The position numbers were made by a program, and so were the translations under genes. This document shows positions 1 through 10,827 of a stretch of 47,937 nucleotides of DNA, piece by piece; the stretch's first letter is position 1; the number at the start of each line of letters is the position of its first letter. Origin of the DNA: Cyanophora paradoxa CCMP329 (lineage: Eukaryota > Plantae > Glaucophyta); contig QPMI01000016.1 in assembly GCA_004431415.1 (NCBI GenBank), positions 1-47,937 of the forward strand, written 5' to 3'. Below the pieces are notes generated by a model. The model searched no databases. It had not been told where the DNA came from and worked only from the letters and a program-made list of their open reading frames with translations.

Positions 1-235
1 CGGCGGCCAGGCGGAGCGCATTCCGGCCAATGTTTCTAGGGACGCCCATTCGGCTCGCCGCTGTCCTGGGCGGCCGCTGCGGGGCCGCAATGCGAGGTGC
101 GGCGTTGAATCCGGCGGCCGGCAGCGGCGGCACGAACGCCGCGGCCTCCATGAGCTCAGAGTGCCGCAGGAAAGCGGCTAGAAGAACAACGACGAGCCGG
201 ACCAGGGGAAGAAGTGGGACCGGGATACGCGAATC

Positions 236-391
236 GGGCAGAACTGGCACTCGACCAGACCGTGAGCAAGCTGCGGCAGCTAGAGCGCGCAAACAATACT
301 AGCTACATCTCGTGGGCAGAACTGGGACTCGGTGAGACGTCCCCCCGTGAGCAAGCTGCGGGCAGCTAGAGCACACAAACAGAGCTAGCTG
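236..391. repeat. Degenerate ~78-bp tandem duplication, non-coding
   Basis: GGGCAGAACTGG...GTGAGCAAGCTGCGG(G)CAGCTAGAGC...CAAACA...CTAGCT occurs at ~236 and ~315. Confidence 0.7.
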
Positions 392-628
392 CGGTGTGCG
401 CTACAGCCGGCGTGCAGTGCACTCGTCGACATGAGCGCTGCGGAGGAGATCTACCGACGGGGAGCGCGAAGACACTGTGCGTGCACTCAGCAGAGCAATC
501 TAGCGCTCCGCAGCAGTTCCTCCTCCCCCAGGAAGCGTGCGTAGCTAACGGGCGACGCAGCGTCCAAGAAGGGGACGAGGAGCGCGCAGTCACAGGATCT
601 CGGACAGCTCTCGCCGCTGTCGGCCAGT

Positions 629-1937
629 ATGCTCTCAGTATCTCCTTCGTGGTCGAACATCGTGGACGGGATGAGCCCGCGCGAGTTCCGCGTCTTTCTG
701 GACGACCTGAAGCGCTCCGACGAGCGGCACAGCGTGGCGGCGAACACCGAGTTCGCAGCCAGCAACCTGCTGCGGCCGACGGGGTCGACGCTGGGGCAGC
801 GGATCGGCTACGCGAGGATCCAGAGCTTGCACGAGCAGCTGGCGCAGGCGGAGAAGGAGCGGCGGCTGCTGGCGACGCGGCTGAGGCGGCTGGAGGCGGT
901 GCAGAAGCAGCAGATCGGGAAGCACGAGAAGCTGTACCGGGCGGCGCAGGAGGGCTTGCGCATCACCCCCGAAGTTCTCGAGGCGGAGCGCGAGGCCCGC
1001 GAGCTCCGCGGACTCGTGTCCGCCCTCGAGGTGCGCCGCCGCCGCGGCCGCGGCCCCGCGCGGCGCCCCTCAGCGGGCGGCAGGTGCGGCTGGAGGACCT
1101 CGTGGAGGAGCTGGGGGCGGCGCTGCGGGCGGTGGCGGCGGGGCGGGCGGCGGCGGCGAAGGGCGGCGGGAGCGGGCGCCCCGAGGAGGTCCTCGAGCGC
1201 TGCGGGAGGGGACGGAGGAGCTCGAGGCCCGCCGCGACGCCGCCGCCAAGGAGGTGGAGGGGGCGGAGGCGCGCGAGCGGCAGCTGCGCGCCGAGGCGGC
1301 CGAGGCGGAGGCCGAGTGCGACGAGGCGCGCGCCCTCTGCGAGGAGCGCGCGGGGCGCGCGGCGGCGATCCGCGCGATGCTCGACGCGGGGCGCGAGCTC
1401 GAGGCCGTCCGCCGCGAGGCCGCCGCCGCCGAGGCGCTCACGGCGCGGGGCACGCACGTGCGGAGCGCGGCGGCGGCGGCGGAGGAGGAGGCGCGGGCGG
1501 CGGAGCTCGAGGCGGCGGTGGCGGCGCGGGACGCCGAGCTCAAGCTGCTGCGCGCCGAGCGCGACCGGTGCGCCCGCCGGGCCCGCCGCGCCCTGCCTCG
1601 CGGGCCCGCCCGACGCGGGGGCGGGGCCGGCAGGATGGAGGCGGCGCTCGAGGCGAAGGAGGCGGAGGCGGCGGCGCTGCAGGCGCGGGGCCTGGAGCTG
1701 GCGGGGCGGCGGGAGCGGCTGGAGCGGGAGCTGGCGGGGGCGCTGGAGCGGGAGATGGAGGCCCTCGCGGGGCGCGTCCGCTCCGTCAAGCAGCTCGCCC
1801 TCTCCCGCCCCGCCAGCGCCGCCCCCGCCCCCGCCCCCGCCCCCGGGGAGCCCCTCGACCTCGCCCCCGCCCCCCTCGACGTCGCCCCCCCGCTCAACCT
1901 CGCCCCACCCGGCTCCTCCTTCCAGCTCGCCGCGTAG
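629..1937 (+). CDS. Spliced gene for an E/A/R/L-rich coiled-coil protein of unknown family
   Basis: Exon 1 reads MLSVSP...HEQLAQAEKERRLLATRLRRLEAVQKQQ...SALE. A GTGCGC..CAG intron follows (1031-1083), then further heptad-rich exons (EAEAECDEARALCEER, LEAKEAEAAALQARGLELAG) to TAG at 1935-1937. Start could be 629 or 671. Confidence 0.75.
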
Positions 1938-2239
1938 CCCGCCTCCCGCCCCTAGGCCTCCCGGCCTCGTTCCCCGCTTCCTTTCCAACCCAGCCCCTGT
2001 TTCTCGCCCCCGGACCAGCTCTCCATCCAGCCTCCCCTCCCCCGCCTCCTGACAGAGGCGGCGCGTGCACTCGTTCTGACGCGAAGGAGACTCGAAGAAG
2101 ACCGCCCAGTGTCCCCCATGAGCTCTCCCGCCCCACGAAAGAGACTGTGCTCGAAAGATGCATTTGCGATCGCTTGCGAGGCACAGAGGGGGGTATGTAC
2201 AGGCGGCGGCGCGCTGGGCCGCGCCGGGGAGCCTCGGGC

Positions 2240-5200
2240 CTACGCGGACTCGAGGAGGGAGGAGGAAGGGCCGGCCTGCGGGGCGGCGGAGGCGTCGGAG
2301 GGCCGGGGCCGGGCGGCGAAGGTGCGGAAGGCGCGCCCCGGGGCGATGCTGATGTCCCCGTACGGCTCCTCCTGCTCCACGCGCACCGCGTCCCCCGTCG
2401 CCAGCACTGCGGCCCGTCAGCCGCCCCGCCGCCCGGCGGGGGCGCGGGGGCGCGGGGGCGGGGGCGGGCCGAGGATCTGGAAGAAGGTGCGGGCGGCGAC
2501 GACGCGGGACTCGCCGCGCAGGAGCTCGAGGAGCGAGAGCGACGCCCGCCCCTCCATCCGCTCCTCCAGGAACCTGCCGCCCCTCCACCTCGCGCCCCGC
2601 CCGCCCCGCAGGCCCCGCGAGCCCCGCACCCGACCATCTTGACCGTCGTCTCGCTCACCGAGCGGCCCGCCCCGCCCGCCCCGCCCGCCCCCTCCGACGC
2701 GCGGAAGTCCGATGACCGGCGCGCCTCTGCCCGCCGCGCGCGATGTCAGCCGGAGGCGACGAAGAAAAGAGGAGCGTGGGGGCGCGCCGTCGTCAAAGCT
2801 CGGGACGTCGACCGCTGGGGCGCAGTCAGCGCAGGGAGCGTGGCGGGGCGGGGGCCGGCGCACGCGGGAAGAGGCTGCCCGGGCTGCTCTCGCCGGTGGC
2901 GGCGCTCGTGCGGGCGGCGTCGAGCGCGCCGCGCGGCTCCTGCGCGGCGTCAGGCGGGGGGCGGCGGGCGGGCAGGGCGCGGGGCGCGGACGAGGGCGTC
3001 GGCCCCGTCTCCTCCTCGAGCTCCGCCATCAGCACGCCCGCCGTCGAGCGCCCGCGCCGCCCCTCTGCCCCGCCCTCAGCGCCTTCCCGCGGCGCGGCGG
3101 CGCGGGCTATCACCGCTGGAGGCGACGAGGGAGGTGGTGCGGAGGCGGACGGTGCGGGCGGCGCCGGCGTCGGAGGCGGCATCCTCGTCGCGCCGGCGCC
3201 CCCGCTCGGGCTCCTCCACCGCCGCCTCCTCCAGCGGCGCGAACGCCTCCGGCGGCGCGTCAAACCCGCGCCCCAGTCCGCCAGCGGCTCCTCCGCCACC
3301 GCGCCCGGCACCGCCTGCGCCTCCTCCTCCCGCTCCTCCCGGGCGCCGCTGCGCGCCCTTGCGCGCCCGCTTCGGCCGCTGCTCGGCCGCCGCCTCCACC
3401 GCGGCGCGCCGGACCCAGCGAGAGACCTCGGGGGCCTGCGGGAGGCGGGGGTCGTGAAGGGCTCGTGGAGGGTGCCGTGGGAGGCGGCGCACGAGGGCGG
3501 CGAGGAAGAGGGGCGGGCCGACGGCGAGGAGCTCCCGCAGGTCGGCCGCCCGCGGGCGCTCCGGCTGCAGGCCGTTAAGCGGGGGCGGGGCGCGGGGCGG
3601 GGCGCGGAGCGGGGCGCCGGGCGGGGGGGTGCCTCGTCGGGCTCCTCGGCGGTGCCGGGGCGGAGGAAGGGTAGATTCTCGGGGGCGATGGTGATGTCGC
3701 CGCGCTCCTCGAGCTGCCGCCCCGCCCCGTCGGCCCGGGGGCGGCAGGGCGGGGGGCGGGGCGGACGCAGGCGCGAATGAAGTCGCTGGCGAGCTCCGTC
3801 TCCTCCGCGAAGAGCGCCCCGCGCCGCCCCCGCTTCGCCCGCGCCCGCCCGCCGCCGGCGTGCCCGGCACCACCGCGGCCGGCGAGCCGCCAGCCGGGCG
3901 CTGCAGCTCGGCCTCCTCGAAGCGGTCGGGCCCGGCCCTCGGGCACCCGCGGCCCCGCCTCCTCGTCGGCCTCGCGCGGCTCCCGCGCCGGGCGTCCCCG
4001 CCCCCGGCCCCTCCACGTCCACCTCCACGCGCACCTCGAGCTCTGCGGCGCCCTCGGCGGCGGCGGCGGCGCGGGCCGGGGGCGGCGCCCGCGCACCGTC
4101 GAAGGCGGCGACCATCTCGGGAACGGGCTCGTCGGGCGGGGCCGGCGGGGCCGCCGCCTCCGCCCCGACGCCGAAGATGTCCTCCGCGAGCTGCAGGTCC
4201 GCGAACTCACCGAAGCCGCCCCTGCCGCCCCCTCAGCCCCCGGGCCGCGCCGCGGCGAGGCGGCCCCGGGCGCACAGGTCGGCCTCTGTGCCAAAGCCCT
4301 CGAAGGCCGCCCGCTGGCTCCCGCCCCGCGCCTCGTCCAGCGTGATCTCTTCCTGCCGCGCTGCCGGGGGCGATCATCGCGGGGACCCGCGCGCAGGCCG
4401 GACGCGCGCGCCGACGTGCGAGGAGGCCGCCGAGGCGCGCGGGAGACGCTCGCGGTCGCGCTCGCCCTCGCGCGCGGAGGCGGAGCGGCGGGCGGCGCTG
4501 CGCCGTCCGCGAGGCCGCTCTACCTCCTCCTCTTCCTCCTCGTCCCAGTTGATGACGAGCGGAGCGGGTCCCTGCCCGAAACATTCATGCGGGCGGCGGG
4601 CGGCGGCGGCTGTTGGGCAGCGCACGGCAGCGTCTCGAAGGAAGGAGGGAGGACCGTCCTCGAGGTCGAGACCACCGCCTTCCACCGCCATTGTGATAGC
4701 TTCCGTCCTGCAGGGCAATCAAAATTGAACGGGCCCTCGGGAGAGACAGCGCGGGCAGGCTCCGCGCGCCTGGCGCGCGCGTCGGTCGTCTGCTCGCGCT
4801 GAGTTTTGTCGGGCCGCTGGCTAAGGCGCGCCTGAACCAAGCGGACAAAGTCCGAGACATCAGCTGCGAAATGCGAGCGTCAATAAGGACACCGCGCGCC
4901 AGGGCCGACCTCAGCCACCTGCAAGGTATTGCGTTTGCTTGTCATATAACACGACACAGCCGTACCTGCAGGAAGCTCGCATCAGAAATGAAAAGAGGCT
5001 CGGGTGGCAATCTTGCCGCGCACATCAGCGTCGAGGAAAGACGGAGAGCGAGGGGTGCGACGGGCGACATGATCACCTTCACGCTATCCACCTGCGGGGA
5101 TTTCATTCGCTGCTTTAGATGGCAAGGAGAATGCGCAGTGCGTATGCAGAGCCAAGGAGCTGAACGCGCGCGACGCAAGTGACGAGTTTCCAGGATGCGA

Positions 5201-5416
5201 GTTCCGAGGTGCGACGCGCAAGGGAAGCGCCTAGATGCGAGGCGCACCACGTTGGCGCTCTGCACGAAGCGTTTGGAGAGCTTGGCGCCGCGCGTGGCGG
5301 CGAGCCATACTTGCCCGAGCGGCTGCAAGCGCGAGCGTTCGCCAGGGAGGAGTGGGCGCGGTGTGCGCGGGGCTTCGCACCCCCTTCTTGGTGAGGAGCT
5401 CGTTCGAGTAGAACAT
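2240..5416 (-). CDS. REC8: Rad21/Rec8-family kleisin cohesin subunit, REC8-like, multi-exon
   Basis: Spliced N-terminus MFYSNELLTKKG|PLGQVWLAATRGAKLSKRFVQSANV|VDSVKVIMSPVAPLALRLSSTLM|YGCVVLYDKQTQYLAAD matches the Rad21_Rec8 N-terminal domain. C-terminus SRVVAARTFFQILVLATGDAVRVEQEEPYGDISIAPG matches the kleisin winged helix. Stop TAG at 2240-2242. WLAAT (rather than WLAAH) favours REC8 over RAD21. Confidence 0.88.
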
Positions 5417-5496
5417 CTTGGAGCGCGGTGCGTTTTTTGAGCGAGGCCGGGTGGGTATACTAACTACACGCCGGCGTGGGTACACCAGCTGCCACG
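5417..5496. promoter_or_regulatory. Putative bidirectional promoter, 80 bp between divergent ATGs
   Basis: REC8 ATG at 5416 (-) and coiled-coil gene ATG at 5497 (+). Confidence 0.5.
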
Positions 5497-7688
5497 ATGG
5501 AGGCCGCCAGCGCGCCGTCGGGGAACGATGCGGACACGTCGGCGACTTGCGCGGAAAGCACGGCTGGTCCGAGCCAGCCGGGCGTGCCGCCCGACCTGGC
5601 CTTCTTGGTGGGCGACTCGGACGAGGCCCTCTTCGCCAAGAAGGTCCTAGCTATGCTGACGCGCGAAGACATAATCGCCAGCCTCAAGAGCCTTCGCGAC
5701 GACTGCAAGCAGCGCAAGGGAAACGCGTCGGCGCGGGAGCTGCCCAGGCCCAAGACGCCGCCTCGCAAGGCTCCGTATGAGAGGCCGTCGTTGCTATCGT
5801 TCTTGAGAGCGAAGCAGGCCGAGCCGGCGCCAGCTCATGCCTCCGACAGCCCGCTAGGACCAGCGACGGACCGCCTGCTGTGCGTGTGCCCGCCTCCTCT
5901 TTGGTATGTCCTTCGCTGAGCCTCTGGCCAGTGACGCGCGAGTTCGGAACTCGCGGACGCCTCGTAGACTCCACCACAACGCGTTCGGGGCGGAGCTCGG
6001 CGAGCAGATTGAGAGTATGCAGAGGGAGCAGAGCGAGGCGATGGCAGAGCTGTTCAAGGAGGTGAGCGGGCCCCCCCGCCTGCTCGCCCTTCGGCTCAAG
6101 CGCTCTCAGTACACGAGGATGAGGAAGCGGGAGAAGCAGTCGGCGCTCGAGCGCGAAAAGACCGCCAAGGCCCTGCAGGACATGACCGCCGAGCGCGACG
6201 TGCGTTTCAGGCCGCTTCCGGCAAGCTGCGGCCGGGAGCGCTGACAGTGGGGCGGGGCGTGCAGGCGGCGCTGGCGGAGGCGGGGCGCCTGCGGAACGCG
6301 GAGCAGCTGCTGCAGAAGGAGGGGAGGACGACGGGGGCGCAGCTCGAGGCGCTCGAAACGGAGCTGGAGCGCACGGAGACCGAGAAGACCGCTCTCCTCG
6401 AGAAGGTAGCGAGGCGGCTGCGGCGCGGGGCGGGCGGGGGCCGACGCGGGGCGTTCCAGTTCGAGACGCTGCGGGGGGACCTGGAGGCGCGCCTGGCGCA
6501 GGCGACGTGGCGGGCGTCGGCCTTGCAGGACCAGCTGGCCGCGGAGCACGAGCACGCGGTGGAGGCCGGCGAGCGCGAGAAGGAGGCCGCCGAGCGGCTC
6601 GAGAAGGCGCAGCGGGCGGCGGAGGAGAGCAAGGCGGAGGCGGCGGCGGAGAAGGAGCTGCGGCGGCGGGACCGGCAGGAGCTCCAGGCCCGCATCTCCA
6701 CCCTCGAGGCTGAGCTCGTCGTGCGCCGCCCCGCCCGGCGCCCCCGGGGGCCCGCGGCCGACCGCCCCCCCAGGCCGCCAAGCAGGGCGCCTCGGCGGAG
6801 ACGGTCTCGCGGCAGCGCGCGGAGATCGAGAGCCTGCGGGGGCAGCTCAAGCGCGCCGCGGACCGGGAGCGGGACGAGGGCCGCGAGAAGGAGGAGGCCG
6901 CCGCATCGCTGCAGCGGCTCCGCGAGGAGCTCGAGCGGCTGAAGGAGGCGCAGGGCAAGGGCTCCGCCAAGCGCGGCGGCGGGGCGGGGCCGAGCTTCGC
7001 GCAGAAGCGGGTGCGGCGGGGCGGGGCGGGGCGCGGGGAGCGGGGCGGGGCGTGAGGCGGGCGGGGCCAGGTGGAGGAGCTGGAGGGGCAGGTGGCGGGC
7101 CTGCAGGAGGCCCTCGGGCGCGCCCAGGGCGAGACCGCCTCCCTCCGCCTTCGCCTCCAGGCCCGCCCCGCCGCCACTCGCGTCCGGCCCCCGCAGACCG
7201 CCTCGCGCAGGTCCTCGAGGGCCTCCGCACCGCCGCCGCCGACGAGGGCACCCACGGCGACGTCTCGCGGGTCCGCCGCCGCCCCCGGCCCCGCGCGGGC
7301 GCGGCGCGGGGCCGACGCGGCGGCAGGCGCTGGCGGCGGAGCAGAAGAAGACGGCGGCGCTGCAGGCGGAGCTCGAGGAGGCGCGCAAGAAGGCCGCAGC
7401 AGCGGCGGCCGCCGCCACCGCGGCGCCCCCGAGGAGTCCCGCGCGGTGCGCGCACCCGCCCGGCGGCGCTGCGGGGCGCTCCTCACGCGGGGGCAGCGGG
7501 CGGCGGGGGCGGCGCTGCGCGCGACGCTGGAGGCGCTGGAGGCGGAGAACGAGGCGCTCGAGGCGCGCATCCGCAGGGCGCAGGAGCGCAAGGCAACGAA
7601 CGGCCGGGCCCTCCTGCGCGCCGAGGCCGACAGCGGGCCCTCCCCGCGCGAGCCCGCCACCAGCGCCCGCAAGGCAAGCGGCCGCTGA
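5497..7688 (+). CDS. Spliced gene for a long coiled-coil protein of unknown family
   Basis: MEAASAPSG...LTREDIIASLKSLRDDCKQRK, then heptad exons (EQIESMQREQSEAMAELFKE|YTRMRKREKQSALEREKTAKALQDMTAERD|...LEALEAENEALEARIRRAQER) joined by ~50-bp introns. TGA at 7686-7688. Confidence 0.78.
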
Positions 7689-7843
7689 GCTCTCGCACAG
7701 CATATTCAAGTAGCTGTAGCGTTACACTGTACAGAGAGAAAAATGTGGCCTGTGACTGAGAAAGACTGCAAGCTAAATTGTTCGGGGGACCCAAGGAGGC
7801 CTATGCAGCTGTACACTGGCGGGGCAACCTGATCGAGAGAAGG

Positions 7844-8666
7844 TTAGTCGCTGAAGCCGCGCGTGCCAGCCGCGGCCGCCCTTCGCCGTAGAAGTGGCTC
7901 GGCCTCGGGCGACATGCTGCATTTCACGCGCCGTCAGATCTAGTACTCGGCTTGCGAGTGGTGGGCAGGGCGCACCGGCCGGCCTTTGTTCTGATCTCCT
8001 CCATCATGATCTCCTTGGGGGGCTGCTCTCCAAGAACCGACGAAGGGGGCGCGGGCGCGTTGTTCGTCGCGGCGCTCGACCGCTGCGAGCTCCTGGCATC
8101 TTCCGATCGACTGTTCTGCTTCGAGTTCTCCCAAGCTTTGTCTTCTTTGTACTCCGCGGCGGCCTTCGCGGCGTCGTAATTCGAATTCGAGCAATAGAAC
8201 CTGCGAAACCTCGGATCAAGGTTCGGCGGTAGCGAGGGCAGATGCGCACTTTGCTTCCTCTACGTCGGCGCCGGTCATTTCCCCGAACTGCCGGAGCGCC
8301 TTGCTTTGCCTGCTCTCATGCTTTGAGCGCCACGCTTGCCAAAGCCGTGACGCATGCGCACCGCAAAGCCTCGAGCACCTCCGGGCGCGGCGGTACGTAC
8401 GACCCGTTCGAGGGGATGATCAGCTTCTTTTTGAATGTCAAACGCTCGACCGGCGTAGAAGGGGACGCGCCGAGGCTCAGGCCATTCGCCTGCCTAATCT
8501 GCGCATGCAGGATCAGCAGCGCGCCCCAGGCTGAACCCATCGACATCAGACCACGTACTTGCGCGACCGGCACGTTGTAGCAGAGGGAGAGCCCGAGAAG
8601 CGTGTCGGCTGCCGAGACCGGATGCTCTACGACGCCGTCGGCCCTCGGCGCCGCGCGCTGTGTCAT
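7844..8666 (-). CDS. LysM-domain protein with a UBA-like domain, no signal peptide
   Basis: HPVSAADTLLGLSLCYNVPVAQ|IRQANGL...KKKLIIP fits LysM. ALRQFGEMTGADVEEAK|FYCSNSNYDAAKAAAEYKEDKAWE resembles UBA-like three-helix domains. The last exon ends GTRGFSD*. Confidence 0.8.
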
Positions 8667-9343
8667 TGGAGTACTTTGTATGTCCCTAGCTATAAGAAGC
8701 GCTATGAGTCGCAGCCGGGCAGCTGAGCGCGTGCGCGTTTTGGGGTACTGCAAGCGCCGACGGGGCTGACTAGCTTCGCCTGCGCATGCAGCTGTGAAGG
8801 TCGACATGGCGCGAACATGAAGGTCAGCACGGGACGCCGCGGCCCGTCGGCTCGTACGCGTCGGGTGGCTGGTCTCCGCCACTCAGAGGCGCAAGTGCCG
8901 AGTTCTGTTTTGACGGCGTTGACCTGGCAGCTAACCGAGTCGACGGGTGCCTGGTCGCCGCCACTCAGGACTTCCCACATGCGGCAAACTTGGCCTAGTG
9001 ACCCCCTAGTCATCCCGGAGGCCCTGGCCGTGCCACAAGGAAAGAAGCCGCAAAAGGAACAAGTCTATCAGCCACTTATCCCACTCGGCCCAGTCGGAAG
9101 AACCTCAATGGAAGGCAAAGTAGATATCTTAGACATCTCTAGGGAAACTGCAAGTAGAAAAAACCACAGCAATAAAAGAAGCAGTAAACCGGAGTGCAAC
9201 CTGGGACCGCTTTATTTCGAGCCCAAGACGATTTGCCTTCCGGATTCTAACAAGAGCGATTCCAGCTGCCAACCGGAAGGCTACGGGTCCGAGAGACTCG
9301 TCGCACTGATTCATCTCCAGAGCCCGTTACTACTGTTCGCCAC

Positions 9344-10641
9344 TTACAGCTTCTTCACGAGGTCGAGGTCGCCGGGGTTCGGGAACCCTGCGAAAGCGCG
9401 TTGTCAGGAGGGGCACAAGTAATGGAGGGTTTTTCCAGACGCGCGAACCGTGGACGGGCTCCGACATGAGGAGCGCGAAGCCGAACACGACCTTGGTGAT
9501 AACGTCGAAGATGGCGTACAGGAGGATCTCAACATCGACGGTGACGGCGCGGGTGCCTGAAACAAGGCTAAGAATTCAAATCGAGCGGCAGGTAAGGTGG
9601 ACGCGTGCACACCCTCGCCGATGACCCAGATCACGGGGTAGGCGATCCAGGAGCCGAGGATGAGGAAGACCAGGTAGGTGTAGGTGAAGCCGACAGACTC
9701 CGACTTGGCGTACGCCGCCTTGCGGATGTTGCCGAACAGGCCGACAAGGGTGAGGAACAGGCCCCAGCAGCCGAGGCCGAACCAGCCCCAGCGGGAAGAG
9801 CTCTGGGAGAGGGCGCCGTTCAGGCCGCAGACGACCATGATGACGCTGGCGACGATGGTGGCGAGGGTGGTCTCAATGATCCGGACATCAGCCAGGACAG
9901 CGAGGCTGTAGATGGTGAGCGGGACGGTCACGGCCCACTCCGCATAGCGAGCCCAGTAGAAGTAGCGGAAGCCCGACATCACATCCTGTGTGCGAGAACG
10001 CATTGCGCGAGAATGAGTCCTCCGTTGGCGGGAGCGGCAACTCATCCCCGCAAGCGGGGCGATCAGGCGCAGGCACGAACGCACGTTGGGGAGGGGAACA
10101 CCACCCTGGCCGCGCGCCATGGCGTAGTACGCAACCTGCGGGCGGCATCCCCGGTCACGACTGCATTCGACCAACGGAATCTCGCTCGTTGCTCCGGGCG
10201 TGTTCGCATGTGCTTCTAACTGCCTAAAGATGCTGCTAGGACGCCTGACGCACCGCAGCGGTGCCAACAATGCCGAGCTGGAGGACATGGAGTTTCCGGG
10301 CCGCCTTGCCGTGGAAGAGGGTGAGGTAAAGGAACACGAATGTAGCCAGAACCTGGAAGCCGAAGCCCAGCCAGAAGAAGTCATAGCCCAGCTGTGTAAT
10401 GTTGTCCGGGTTGGACAGCAGCACATTGTAGCGGAGCAAGTACCTGTCGTGCAGCGCGGTCAGGCGAGGGGAGGCGCGATAGGCGCTGAGGGGCGATGGG
10501 AAGTTCTAGCGATCGAGAAACGCAAGGAAGTTGAGGCTACAAGGGTGGCAACGCCGGGACTCACTCCGTGAAGTTGTTATAGTCGAGGAACGCGGGGAAG
10601 TTCGTCGACGCAGGGTCGAATGCCATCAGGACGGACGCCAT
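9344..10641 (-). CDS. Type-1 (microbial) rhodopsin, bacteriorhodopsin/fungal-opsin-like, multi-exon
   Basis: Seven hydrophobic segments: VAYYAMARGQG (helix B), WARYAEWAVTVPL (helix C), WIAYPVIWVIGEG (helix F), LYAIFDVITKVVFG (helix G with the retinal-binding Lys). Last exon ends FPNPGDLDLVKKL*. The phase of the first intron could not be reconciled, so the 5' end is uncertain. Confidence 0.92.
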
Positions 10642-10827
10642 GGTTTATTTCGTGCCGGCTTGCGACCTCTCGCTGCCGGTTTTACTTTGCCCAAGTCCTA
10701 AAGGAAGGAGACTTGGCAGTTACTAACAGGCTGGGGGCGTCGTACCCTGGTAGGCCTGCCCCCCTCCCCTCTTCCTTCAACTTCAGGCAGAGACATTTCG
10801 GTGGGCGGCCCAGCGGCTGGGACCACG

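Noticed and set aside
8817-9422. 201-aa + strand ORF between the LysM and rhodopsin genes
   Set aside because: No recognisable domain, and it overlaps the rhodopsin last exon and presumed 3' UTR in antisense.
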